This document shows, piece by piece, positions 52,601 to 64,000 of a stretch of DNA of 64,000 nucleotides. This DNA is from Lytechinus pictus (lineage: Eukaryota), in assembly GCF_037042905.1 (NCBI RefSeq), contig NC_087263.1, forward strand, positions 14,448,001 to 14,512,000, written 5' to 3'. The first letter of the stretch is position 1. Each line of letters opens with the position of its first letter. A program made the position numbers and the translations under genes. The notes below the pieces were generated by a model. The model searched no databases and was not told the origin of the DNA. It worked only from the letters and a program-made list of their open reading frames with translations.

Positions 52601-55600
52601 TGGGTTTGTTGGAGAAGAGCTATTTTGGTCTTCGCTATCGCTCCAAGCGCGGGGAGCTCTTATGGCTTAACCTAAGAAACCCCCTCGGTGTGCAGCTTAG
52701 AGGGCGCTCTCCACATCGACTCAGTCTTCAGGTCAAGTTCTTTGTTTCCCCTCAAGAGCTACAACAGCCGATAACAAGGTAAAAATATACTCTACTGTTT
52801 GAATTTGAATGAAATATTATTTAGATTTGATTTTCTTTTGATACTGTACATGGCCTAACTTCAATAAGACATTCATGTAATTGGTTGTTTTATTAGTTGA
52901 TCTGAAACCATGGTTTAAAAACACTGCCGATTTCATTGATACAATCCTAAATTACACTTTGTGTATTTTGGGATAGAATCCTATAATGATACATGTAGCC
53001 TGCTAGGATACAGTGTTTTGTTCACTGTTTTGAATTAATGAGTCTTACGTTTGCCATTTGCAGTAACCCACATCATGGAAGTAGCTTTCTACCTCCATGC
53101 CCTCATGAAGCTTTCATGTTATACCTTTTCTATCTATCCCTCCTTCCCTTCCTCCCTCCACACACCCATCCACCCACCCTTCCGTCCGTCCATCCATCGA
53201 TCCATCCATTATCCATCCTTCCATCCATCCATCCATCAATCCACCCATCCATCCATCAACCCACCCATCCATCTGGCATCCATCCATCCATCCATCCACC
53301 CATCCATCAATCCACCCATCCATGCATCCACCCACCCATCCTTCCATCCATCCACCCTTCCGTCCGTCCATCCATCGATCCATCCATTATCCATCCTTCC
53401 ATCCATCCATCAATCCACCCATCAATCCATCCATCAATCCACCCATCCATCTATCCATCCACTCATCCATCCATTTATCCACTAATCCATCCACCCATCC
53501 ATCCATCCTTCCATCAATCCACTCATCCATCCGGCATCCATCAATCCATCCATCCACCCATCCATCAATCCACCCATCCATGCATCCACCCACCCATCCT
53601 TCCATCAATCCACCCATCCATGCATTCACCCACCCATCCTTCCATCCATCCATCCATCCATCCACCCATTCATATCAGAATAATTTTTATATAAAGCAAG
53701 CTCATAATGCAAATATTGTTACAGTTTCACTCAGTATTATTTCCATATCAGTTTTGTTGATCACAAATATTGGAAAGCATGGTATGGTGAACATGGGTTC
53801 TTGGTTAGTTTTCATTAATAAATATTAAATATCTTTACTGAATAACCCTGTAAACAACAGGTTACTGTGGGCTGTTTGTCTGCCCACCTTGCTATTTAAT
53901 AGTACATGTACTTGCCTTCAGCCTACATGTACACGTACTTACTCACCCATGTTGTTTGTGTCAATAACCACATATTTACATGTAGGCCTACCTTTTATCA
54001 GCAATCGTGTTTATCTATTAAAGCTGTCTCCATATTTGTACAACGTTGGCCCACATGTACAGTATGTACATGGCATGCATCATGTCAGCCTCTCTATCTT
54101 TATGTATACAAGTGTATACTATTGGAAGTATTTGTATAATACATGTAGCTAGAGACTTGATGGTCACAATTTCATAGCAATACAACATTTTTTTAGACTG
54201 ATTTTATTTTTTATTTTTTACAAGTTACAAATATGATGTTTAAAATAGGTTACATGTTTTTACTTTTAACCTGTCGATACACTGTAAGTACATGTACATG
54301 TAGATACAGTACGGTACATGTTTTTTATGATATTTTCTTTTCTGCCTTCCAACCTCCCCTTAGGCAATTCTCATCTGAAATTTAGAAGTGTGCATTCGTA
54401 CATGTACACGTACATGTGTGTTTACAATTCATTACAAAATCATTTTGCTGTTATAAAGTCTCCTTGAGAAATGTTTAAAATTCAGGGTAAAATTTTTAGC
54501 CAAATATATACATGTAAAATCAGCTTTTATACTTTTAAAGTATTTTAGGAGCAAATAGTACAGTACATGTATACTCATTTTTCCGCCTTTGAAAAGGTTT
54601 TTTAATTCAAAATTGGCCCTGTAGATTATTTGTTGTATATTCATCGAAACACTCCAGAGACACATCTACTACCATACCTCACACTAAAAACATCCTGATG
54701 AATTCCTCCTTGGTCACCAAGCAATAAGTAATTGTGTGTTATGTACACTGGGCTTTTAAATTATTTGTTGTAATTTTTTGTAAACACTCCACAGGCACAT
54801 CTACTACCTCACTCTAAAGAACCGGCTCCTCCTCGGTCATTATGCGGTCACAAATGAGGAGAAAATCAAGCTATTTGGCCTCATTGCCCAAGCAGAACTG
54901 GGCGATGCTGACCAGACGCTACCCACACAGTACCACACCATTCTACCAGACCTGAGGTAAGTGATCTTAAACGACATTTCAGAGTTTCCGCTTAATTTTG
55001 TAAAACGTTCATTTTCACATCCCGGTCGGTATGCAAATGAGGGGACTGATGTCATCACCCACTCACTGCATACAGTGTACTTTCTTTATTCTGTACTATC
55101 TTAATTTGTATTTTATTATATGAAATATTTGTGATATTTTAATTGTCTCTTTGTCATATTTGTAAACAAAGTTTATCCCTCCTTGAATATATGTTGAATT
55201 AACATAATCGGTGGTTCATTCAAGTTGGTCCTTATTGTAATATCTGTAAAATTGAATATAGAGATCTAGAGTACATACTGTATGTAAATGTATAATCCAG
55301 CCATTCTCAATTACTTTTTTTGAAGCTCCACATTTCTTGTTGAGAATCTGTAATGCGCCACTATCCATTACGCAAACCAGCAAAGTATTTCGGAAGGGAT
55401 CCAGAGGCCCCTGATTCGGGTCGAGTGGGCAGAACCCCAGAAGTTTTGGAATATGAGGCCTTTTAAATTGCCCAGAGGGGCTCTAATTAATATCAACTGA
55501 AGAAATACAAATGCCAACAAACTACACATTATTCATTAAAAGAAAAAAGATTAGTGACTTTTTCACAACATACCAATGATACCACTAGTTCTGCACCAGA

Positions 55601-58600
55601 TCTATTGGCTGAAGCAAGTGGCGTAATGAGTAAAAAAAATTGAGGGGGGCTAGATATGGCAGCTGAAGCAAAAATGTTGAACCTTTCAATACAAAAATCT
55701 ATATTTTGACATAGTATTAGGAAAATAATACAATATTCCACTCTTTCCCTTTTCTTTTATGCCCCTTTCTCGTGTTTTTTTTTCTTGGCCGTGAAACACT
55801 TGGGGCCCCCAATCCCCACCCCCATCTGTACGCCAGTGGCTGAAGTTACAGTTCCTGATTTTGCAAGGGCTAAAAATCAGGCGTTGCACTGCACTAACGC
55901 CCCAAACTACCCCCTCTCTCTCTACAACTCACGTGCAGTATCATTCATTCAGTTCATGCAGTTCTTTGGTTTTACCTTTACACGTCATTTGGTTTGGTAC
56001 CCCCCACACCTCGCGCAAATCGGACTCTAAACACGTAATGTTATGGGCGAAAAGGACATCCTTTATAAAATATTTAATTTTGTTTCATCATACCCGAAAA
56101 TTTGACTCTGAACAAGTAGCTTTCCAAGCGAAATAGATACCCTTTTTTCATTATTTTTGTGTTTTTGACACCCTTATCACGTTACGTACGTAACGCGCCC
56201 TATCTTGAAAAAGACATCTTTTTACGTGTTTTTTTTTTGGTCGCGCATGGTATCCACTCGTCAATGTAAGTGCCCCCCCCCCCCCGGATTTTAATCAGCT
56301 TCGGAAACAAAGTTTCTGCTTGTTATGTCTCAAATTCATTATCCTTTATGATCAGGATGTTCTTTGAATATCACATTATTTGATGTTTAACTCTTAACCA
56401 AAGTGTATACTCTGGAAATGCAAAATTACTAGCCATAGAAATAGAAATCATACAAGCGGGGCTTTCAAATCACTTGTGTGGCACATAAACTTTGTACTGC
56501 ATAGCATAAATAAAAAGGAGAACACCATCGATCGTTCAAAATATAGGGGTTATCGAGTGCAGAATTGGACAAAATTTGTGGAAATCAATTAGCACTTAAG
56601 TGTCAAGTAAAAAGTTTTTGTATTCTCTTTGTATTAAAATGATCGCCAAATCCTCATTTCCAGGTTACTTGTAGATACATTTTTTTATCCCCAACATTTC
56701 CTTATTTTTTTAAATACCGGTTCCCAAACGCCACTCCGCAAGGCTCGGTGCGCCACAAGTGGCGCGCGCGCCACCATTTGAGAATCCCTGGTATAATCAT
56801 TAGCAGTACGTATAGTGAGATGAGGTTTTGGATGAGATTGGGAGAAGTATGTAAAGATGTTCATACTAAAACAAACTGCATGTCGATGTATGAACAGGGG
56901 GTACAAATTGTACAGTACATGTACATGCACCCAAGAATGTGAATAAAATATAGGTTAATTCAAGCAATGTCTGGAATAAAAAGACTAGTAATTGGCAAGA
57001 AATGTCCAATGATTACTGCCCACTGTGAACAACCCACGTTGATGATGTCACAAGGTGGGCTACCCACAATGTTGAAAGTCATATGGTGCTATACATGTAG
57101 GGCATTCACACACAATTTTATTACAGAAATCAAATATTTTGAAATTTGACTTTAATGTTATACTTGTTATAACATGTGTACACATACGTAAACCTACATA
57201 ATACACTGTACATGTACCTGTTCACAGAGTATCCGATAAAAGTACAACCAAGTTTTGTGTACACATTACAATTTAAATTTGAATTTGGAAGTTGTCTCAT
57301 GTTTATCTAGAAAGAAAAGCAAAACAAAAATCAAATAAAAAAAAAACACATGATACATGTACATGTACATGTACAGTCACTGTGTGAAGTGATTTTGCAG
57401 CTATACACTTTTGCATTCGGTACCCACATGTACAGTTTGTATACCGTACTGCACTCCCCCAATCAGTTATATCGGGAGGAGAGACCTGCTGGTCACAGTG
57501 ATTCAGTTTGCTTTTCGCCTCCCAGGCACAGGTGACACCAAAAGTACAGGCATGGAGCTACTATGGTACAGGTGTACATGTACAATGTACATACAGATTG
57601 CACAAAAAATAAGATCTGCTCTCGTGTGAATGACCCCATTATACCCTGATGTCATATATGGTTGCTACCCAGCTGTGAATATCAGCCATTTTGTATAGTG
57701 TATACTCTGTGTGAAAGACCCATTAAATCAAATACCCTTTTTACACAGGATTTTCTTAACCCCGGACTATCGCTAACCCCGTACTATCCTTAACCCCGTA
57801 CTATCTTTTTTTCCTTTTCACACATGCCAAATCGTTATTGCTAACCCCGGATAAGGAATGCTTGCTTTTCACACACGAATCTCGCTAACCCCGGACTAGT
57901 GGTAGCTCATGAATATTCACGAGCACACTGAGTGTTCATTCCTTTTTATTTTACACACGCTAAAATTTCCTTAACCCCGTACTATAGGTGGAGCTAAATT
58001 GCCATTTAGCCCCACCTATAGTACGGGGTTAAGCTTAGCCCACTTTCGTTTTACACTAGCGATCTTAACCCCGTACTATCGCTCTTAGCACCGCAATTGC
58101 TGGGATAACCCTGCTTTTTTGCAGGGCCAAATAATCCCGTACTAAAGGTGGGGTTAGCCCACTTTGCAAAAATGCTGTGTAAAAAGAAAGTGGGCTAAGC
58201 TTAACCCCGTACTATAGGTGGGGCTAAATGGCAATTTAGCCCCACCTATAGTACGGGGTTAAGGAAATTTTAGCGTGTGTAAAAAGGGTATATGTGTATT
58301 GATAACCCACATTGTATGTTCTACTCTCGTGCACTCGTATGTTCTACTCTCGTGTGAAAGACCCTCAAATGATGTCATACATGTATGGTCGCCACCGTGC
58401 TGTGATTATATCAGCCATTCCTTATGTTCAGGGAGACTTGGCAGGTTGTTCTCTCATCGCAAATTGAATTTGCAGAAGAATTCATGAAGTAATCACAAGT
58501 CTGACATTTTGTTTTATCCATTTGGAAATCACAATGTGCATTATAAAAACATGGCATGCTGCAGTGCAATAGCACAGTTTCATGAAAATGTCTATGCCAA

Positions 58601-61600
58601 CAGTGCTGGATACATGTTTGCAAACTACATGTATGTAGATTAGATAAACCCTGACATGTAATTAAAGCACATATTACTTGTTTATATTAAAGTGTAATCA
58701 ACATGTGCATATTACTGGAGCCTTGAGTTAAGTGTATGTATTGGCTGGTCTCTTTTAAAGGAGCAAATCAAAATTGTTAATTCTTTCCATTTTATATTTA
58801 AAGGAATTTAAATCAAAAATAATGAATTGTTCTCTCGACACCTTTTAGTTGACTGGTTTATTCTTTCAATATCCATTCATTATATAAAGGAATTACAATA
58901 ATTGTTCTCAATGCCATATTTGATAAGTTTAATTCTTATGATTTATTCTTTATTTAAAAATTGTATCAGCAATGAAAATTGATTAACTTAGTCAAACAAG
59001 CATAGCACTGAAAATTTCATCGAAATCGGACGTGAAGAAAGTTGTGACAATTTAAAGTTTTGCTTATTTTTCAAAAAACAGTTCTATGCACAATTCAGTG
59101 ACATGCAAATGAGGAAGTTGATGATATCCCTCACTCACTATATTTCTTTTGTTTTTTGTTGTTTGAATCATGAAATATTTCCATTTCTACGGATTTGACA
59201 ATAATGACCAACTTGACTGAACCATAAAATGTTAACAACAAGTAATTCCACATGTTCAGTGAGGAATGAAACTTCGTTATTCAGGACAATGAGTCGAGAA
59301 GAATTTAATATTTCATGTATTAAAAAATGAATGAAATACAAAAGGAATAGTGAGTGAGTGACATCATCAGTCCCCTCAATTGCATACCGTCCAGGATGTT
59401 TCACTGTTTTTTTAAATGAAGCGAAACTTAAAAATGTTATTTATAACTTTCTTATTTTACATCCAATTTTGATGAAATTTTAAGTGTTTTGCTTGTTGGA
59501 TTATTCTCTTTTTATTCAAATCAACTTTTTGTTGGGGTGGACTTGTCCTTTAAACAGGGGAAAGTAAAAACCTGTTTGGAAAGCATTTTTGATGGGGTTT
59601 TACAGGGGAAAGTTGATAAACTTGGTTTGAAAGGCTTTTGGATAGGGGCTTGGATAGATAAACATTGTAGTCTGCAGGCTCAGACCCTTATTGAATCTTT
59701 GACCAACAAGTGGGTCTCCAGTCTCCACACAAAAGGTGGTTTCAGACCGCTTCGAAGTTCGTCAGTTCCAGGTATTCTCTGATCGGGAAATTTACCCCGA
59801 TCAGAAAATACCAGGTATTTTGGTAATGTGAAAGCAAACTACGCGTAATATCCCCGAAAGAAAATACCCGCTAAACAGTAGGTACTTGGCGAAATTACGA
59901 GAACTTTCGCAGGGATTTTTCCAAGGTCGTGGGTATTTTCGCAATCTGAAAGCAAACTACTGGAACTTGTATCCCATCGATCACCGCGATAAGTGAATTC
60001 CCGGTTCATAGCCCGCGCTGTTCGATATGCATGGATATGCGAGGCTAGCTGATGCGAGGCCTATCGAGCGAGCAAGCCAGCGCCAGTGCATGCAGCGATA
60101 AACATACTTACACTTTTCATGCAACGTGACTCGGGGTTCGACTTTGACTAGGCAGTTGATTCTTCTTCTTAAAAAGATAGTTTTACAAATTAAGGGTGAT
60201 ATTTTAATACCGGTATTCTAAATTTTCATATCAGATGACATCGCACTGGAGTGAGGAGGCCACCAAGGCCTTAATTTCAATGTGGAGAGAAATCTAGTGC
60301 AATTGCAGATGATCAAGGGAACAAATGATTTGCGCATACGATCGAGTATAGTTTGTACGTGCTAGAGCTAGGCCGGCCGCAGGTGGATTTCCCTCCCCGG
60401 CTGTTTCCCGATCGTACCGCTAAAAGCGCGCGCTTCTTCGTCTGCTACCAGACAGTACTGCACATGCTCATAACTTCGAGAAATTTCCCCAAAGAGTGTG
60501 TTTCGGGGCGGTCTGAATGCGAGAATAATTATCTGGTATTTTTGAGCATGTAAATGTTCTTGTAATTAAACGGGGATTCTTTTGATCGAGGCGGTTTGAA
60601 ACCACCTAAAGACTACAATGTATATAAAACTTGAGCGAGAGGGACTTCAGTACACAAGGCATTATAGGCTGCACATTCAGACCCTTAATACTCCAGTGAA
60701 GGTTTAGAACAGCAGACTAGATAAATAATTTGGTGAAGTTGATCAATGTACAGTAGCTCCCCCCCCCCCGAGAATTTTCTAATGCCATTTCGTCCAAAAT
60801 GCCACCTCGTCTACTATCATTTCGTCTACCATCAGTTTGTCCACTCATCACATGGTCTATTTTCATAGTCTAATGCCATTCTGTCTAATAACCAGTTGGT
60901 CCAGTAGCCATTTAGTCCATACACCATTTGGTCTAATTGGACTAAGTGTTAAATTGTGCGAAATGAATGAAAATGAAATGGACATTAGACCAACTGGTTA
61001 TGAGACGAAATGGTGATTAGACAAAGTGATGATTGGACCAAATGGTTAATGCACCAAATGGTTGTTAGACGAATTGTTGATGGACGGAATGGCATTAGAC
61101 TACATGAAATTAGACCATGTGGTGAGTAGATGAGTAGACAAATTTGCAATTTACCCCTCTTACCCTCTGACAAGTGTTAATTGAGATCTCACAGTTGATT
61201 TCCTGCTCTATCCAGAGATCATGTTGAACTCTTAATTACTAGTGAGGGGGATAGGGTTGACCCCACGGTCTGAATTTCCTTGAATTTGACCAAGACTGTT
61301 CGTTAAAGATCAAGTTTTATCTGTGTGTCATCAATACCATGCTGCTTCAGTTCATGTACATGTACATGTGTATACAGTACAAATATGATGTACATTTTTT
61401 CACTAGATAACAAACAGCAGAATTCTTGCTGGACATGGACATGAATGACTTTGCCCATGAAAACAAAAAATATATATCTACATGTACATGTATGTTTATA
61501 TTAAAGTCATGTTTTTTGACATATTGACATCAGTACTTGTGCATTGATGATTGTTCCAAACAGTATGTGCATGCATACATAAATACTGTTTTGGAAAAAT

Positions 61601-63028
61601 TACCCGTGAAAAACGTAGATTACGACAACAAGACCCCAAGTCATTGCCCTTTGCCTTTTTCTCTCCATCAAAGACGAAATGAATGTTAATAGAGGTGCTT
61701 CATACATGTATATTACAAAAATTGAATTTCAGTTAGGAAATCTGATGTTACTGTTTGGGCATAATAAGCCACAGCCCACAACAAACAAACAAACTGAAAC
61801 ACAACTTTATTTCCTTTTCTCTGATAATGATCACAATGAATAATTTTCCTGGGATTGCTTTAATTCTCCAAATGCAAAGGCTGCTACACAACAAGAAGTC
61901 TTTTGTGTACATAGCAGATTTCATCACGTTGATCAGCGAATGCTTTTCCTGGTATCGCTCTATCGAGCTTATATATAGTACATGTATACATGTATTAAAG
62001 GCTGCGACAGTACACAAAAGGGCCGTCTGCACCAGCTCGAGTTTTTTTCGAATTAGCGCGTTGTTTCTGATCTGGCAAATTATCCCGATCTGAACAATCT
62101 CTAGATTATTTTTAATGGAGATGCAATGATCGCGCTACACTGTCGTTTGTAGGATTAATCTCGAGATTGCAATCCCAAGTCGACTTGGGATTATTTGCAA
62201 AATAGTGCGCTATTTTACGAATTATCCCACTAATTCGCAGGTGCAGACACACTCGGGATTATTTATTCACGGCGTCAGACCATAATGCATAGATGCCTCG
62301 CTCGAGCAGGAATCGCTCTTCTTGCGATGGTGGAGACGGGGTTTCTTGAATCTCGAGATTAATCGCAAAAAGGGCCGATCGGGCTAAAATCTCGAAATTT
62401 CGCAAACTCGGGCTGGTGCAGCACCGCCTATAAAGACAATTTTTTTGTGTTGCTGCAGGACTGTTCAGAATGAGAGCTATTCTATTACGATGTACAATAT
62501 TCTCTCTGGGTGATTCAGGGAAAATAATTACATTTACGTGGGGTCTCGGGGCGATTTTACCCCCAAAATGCTCAAAAGAACCCTTGAAACTCAGGAAGAA
62601 GCCGTGGAAATCCCCATTTATTGCAATGTTAAAGTTATCCAATGTTGCAGATTTAAACAGTAAGTTGTGGAAAGCAAGTAGCCCCCCTCCCCCCCCAAAA
62701 AAAAAAATTTGATGCACAACAATAATTACAGTAATTTTGCATATCTTAACTTGAATAAAGAGCCACTAACATGATTCTTCTTTACCAATAATGATATTCG
62801 ATGCAGTGAGGAAACCCTGAGTGAAGTTCTGACGGCGCACCGTGACATCATGTCGGACACCATGACCCCGACGTATGCTGAGATCCAGTTCATCGGCAAC
62901 GTCAGCAAGCTTCTGGGGTACGGCGTGGAGTATTTCTCGGCCGAGACCAAGGAACGGGCCCAGGTTGTGATCGGTGTTTGTACGACGGGGTTGCAGATCT
63001 TATCGCAGAGCAGGGAGCTTATGCACAG
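40578..63028 (+). CDS. MYLIP: MYLIP/IDOL-like FERM-domain protein (probable E3 ligase), first four coding exons; 3' part outside the window
   Basis: Exons 40578-40664, 52588-52778, 54795-54956, 62807-63028 join in phase: [12 protein letters not shown]...[29 protein letters not shown]...[23 protein letters not shown]...AQAELGD...YGVEYF...IGV. The FERM domain starts at Met1 and WLNLRN is MYLIP-like; the RING domain is not visible. Confidence 0.78.
41022..42222 (-). pseudogene. CR1 ORF2, 3' part (RT core and C-terminus); 11-bp insertion near 41190 shifts the last ~55 codons
   Basis: [55 protein letters not shown]. Confidence 0.92.
42223..43229. mobile_element. 1007-bp non-autonomous DNA transposon inserted in the CR1 RT domain
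   Basis: Perfect 15-bp TIR CAACCAAAAAATTAC / GTAATTTTTTGGTTG; 8-bp TSD AACTGCAC (42215-42222, 43230-43237); removing it restores [14 protein letters not shown]. Confidence 0.93.
43230..45167 (-). pseudogene. CR1 ORF2, 5' part (AP endonuclease and start of RT)
   Basis: [60 protein letters not shown]. Confidence 0.92.
45172..46229 (-). pseudogene. CR1 ORF1 (PHD finger, coiled coil, C-terminal RNA-binding region); frameshift at ~45968 and in-frame TAG at 45454-45456
   Basis: [10 protein letters not shown]... / CLECLE...[14 protein letters not shown]...WFCCDC / [13 protein letters not shown] / [23 protein letters not shown]. Confidence 0.85.
47528..49380. mobile_element. hAT-like non-autonomous element, 1.85 kb, with a ~1.1-kb purine-rich core
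   Basis: TIR CAGGGCTC / GAGCCCTG; 8-bp TSD CCCTTACG (47520-47527, 49381-49388); subterminal ACTGGTCC/GGACCAGT repeats. Confidence 0.88.
49451..49992. repeat. Tandem array of five ~92-bp palindromic units
   Basis: AAATGGGAACCAGCGTG-N22-CACGCTGGTTCCCATTT plus a self-complementary linker, repeated. Confidence 0.85.
51320..51794. mobile_element. Harbinger-like non-autonomous element
   Basis: Ends ggtttcaaaccgcctcga / tcgaggcggtctgaaacc; inverted relative at 59734-60607. Confidence 0.75.
52588..52778 (+). CDS. MYLIP: MYLIP-like exon 2 (FERM F1)
   Basis: [33 protein letters not shown]...VKFFV..ITR; ag/gtaaaa. Confidence 0.9.
53165..53670. repeat. Degenerate (CCAT)n microsatellite with higher-order duplications
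   Basis: Visible repeats; source of the PSIH/MDGW ORFs. Confidence 0.92.
54795..54956 (+). CDS. MYLIP: MYLIP-like exon 3 (FERM F2)
   Basis: [16 protein letters not shown]...LIAQAELGD...; ag/gtaagt. Confidence 0.88.
55298..56790. mobile_element. hAT (Charlie-like) non-autonomous element with nested repeats
   Basis: Ends cagccattctcaa / ttgagaatccctg; 8-bp TSD GTATAATC (55290-55297, 56791-56798). Confidence 0.82.
57735..58288. mobile_element. MITE built from nested hairpins of TAACCCCGTACTAT
   Basis: Ends CCCTTTTTACAC / GTGTAAAAAGGG flanked by TA; many internal direct and inverted motif copies. Confidence 0.8.
58975..59549. mobile_element. Kolobok-like TTAA MITE (left end degraded)
   Basis: Ends ggggtggacttgtcct|ttaa; homologous to 7420-7768 and, inverted, to 52086-52190. 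Confidence 0.7.
59734..60607. mobile_element. Harbinger-like non-autonomous element
   Basis: TIR AGGTGGTTTCAGACCGC / GCGGTTTGAAACCACCT, AAA on both flanks. Confidence 0.78.
60781..61150. repeat. Fold-back element made of short ccatttcgtcta / tagacgaaatgg sub-repeats
   Basis: Left half repeats cattt(c/g)gtc(t/c)a; right half repeats its reverse complement. Confidence 0.65.
62019..62429. mobile_element. Harbinger-like MITE
   Basis: ctgcaccagctcgagttt / aaactcgggctggtgcag inverted ends. Confidence 0.65.
62807..63028 (+). CDS. MYLIP: MYLIP-like exon 4 (FERM F2/F3)
   Basis: [13 protein letters not shown]...[20 protein letters not shown]...[11 protein letters not shown]; ag/gttgga. Confidence 0.85.
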
Positions 63029-63464
63029 GTTGGATGTTATTTTCTCTTCAATTTTCTTAACTCTGGGACATACTTGTATTAGGTGCTTTCAGACTGACTT
63101 GATCACCAAAGCACCTGTAAATTTAGAACATTTTCAGGAGCGGAATTCTGGGATCCATTATTTTTTTTATAAAGAAAGTGGTATTCTGAGATCACTTTTT
63201 TATCTCTCAGATAAAATTTCATATTTTAAGTGGTTTTCAATATTAAAAAAGGGCTTATGCTAAAATGATTACTGGGTATTAAACAATTACAAGAATGGTC
63301 AATTTAAAAAATACAAATTTTGATGGAAAAGAATAATAAAAAAGGAATCTTGGCGGTACAGAATACTAATTTTCTCTTTGAAAAGTTTGCAACTCTGAAT
63401 CTGGTTGTAGGTTCCACAGGCCACGATTTTTTTTCCAATCAAAATAGATACATGTACACCTTAA

Positions 63465-63961
63465 AGGGGAAGTTCACCCTGACAAAAAGTTTATTGTAAA
63501 AATAGCAGAAAAAATAATAAAAAATATTGCCGAAGGTTTGAGAAAAACTCATCAAATAATTAAAAAGTTATTAGAATTTCAATTATTTGATTTGTGACGT
63601 CATATGCGAGCAGCATTCCTACAAAGCGAATGGTAAAAAATCAATGAAATGTCATTTTCTCCGAAAATTGAAAATGGTTTTCACTATACCTTTTGTATAT
63701 CAATAGACAAATCATTTCACACCCGATCATGAATAGAAAGCAAAAATAAATCATCAGGAACCATGCAAAATTTGAAATTCATGCATTTTATATTACATAA
63801 CACATGGGGCAGCTGCTTGTCTATGACGTCACAAATCCAAAACTTCGAACTCTAATAACTTTCTTACTCTTTAACGGATTTTCCTCAAATCTTCACCAAT
63901 ATTTTTTACTATTTTTTCTGCTATTTTTACAACACAGTTTTCTTCAGGGTGAACTTCCCCT
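63465..63961. mobile_element. Kolobok-like MITE, 497 bp
   Basis: TTAA TSD (63461-63464, 63962-63965); TIR AGGGGAAGTTCACCCTGA / TCAGGGTGAACTTCCCCT extending imperfectly for over 100 bp. Confidence 0.85.
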
Positions 63962-64000
63962 TTAATGGAAGTACCTACATGTATACATGAATGTGCCATG

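Noticed and set aside
53038..53828. PSIH/MDGW repeat ORFs
   Set aside because: Translation of (CCAT)n.

Overview
AT-rich, repeat-dense animal genomic DNA. The repeat families and gene content suggest an echinoderm (probably a sea urchin), but that is inference. There are two spliced host genes on the + strand: a complete 11-coding-exon, 538-aa Drosophila-type (type I) cryptochrome at 8970-24891, and the first four coding exons of a MYLIP/IDOL-like FERM-domain gene at 40578-63028, which continues beyond the window. Mobile DNA includes a very recent BEL/Pao LTR element at 240-6877 (apparently identical 1165-bp LTRs, 5-bp TSD) that keeps gag-protease but has lost RT/RNase H and most of integrase. 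There is also a near full-length PHD-ORF1 CR1 LINE disrupted by a 1-kb DNA transposon, an Academ-like long-TIR element nested in a Harbinger-like element, and many hAT/P-, Harbinger-, Kolobok- and Helentron-like non-autonomous elements, SINEs, L2 fragments and microsatellites. The most notable observations are: pervasive TA-to-TACATGTA insertions (Tc1-type footprints) concentrated in gene introns; the gag-pro-only BEL lineage with a non-canonical PBS; a His-to-Gln change at the dCRY H378-equivalent site; a tandem double-hairpin array; and concentric inverted repeats around MYLIP-like exons 2-3. All coordinates and comparisons were made by eye.
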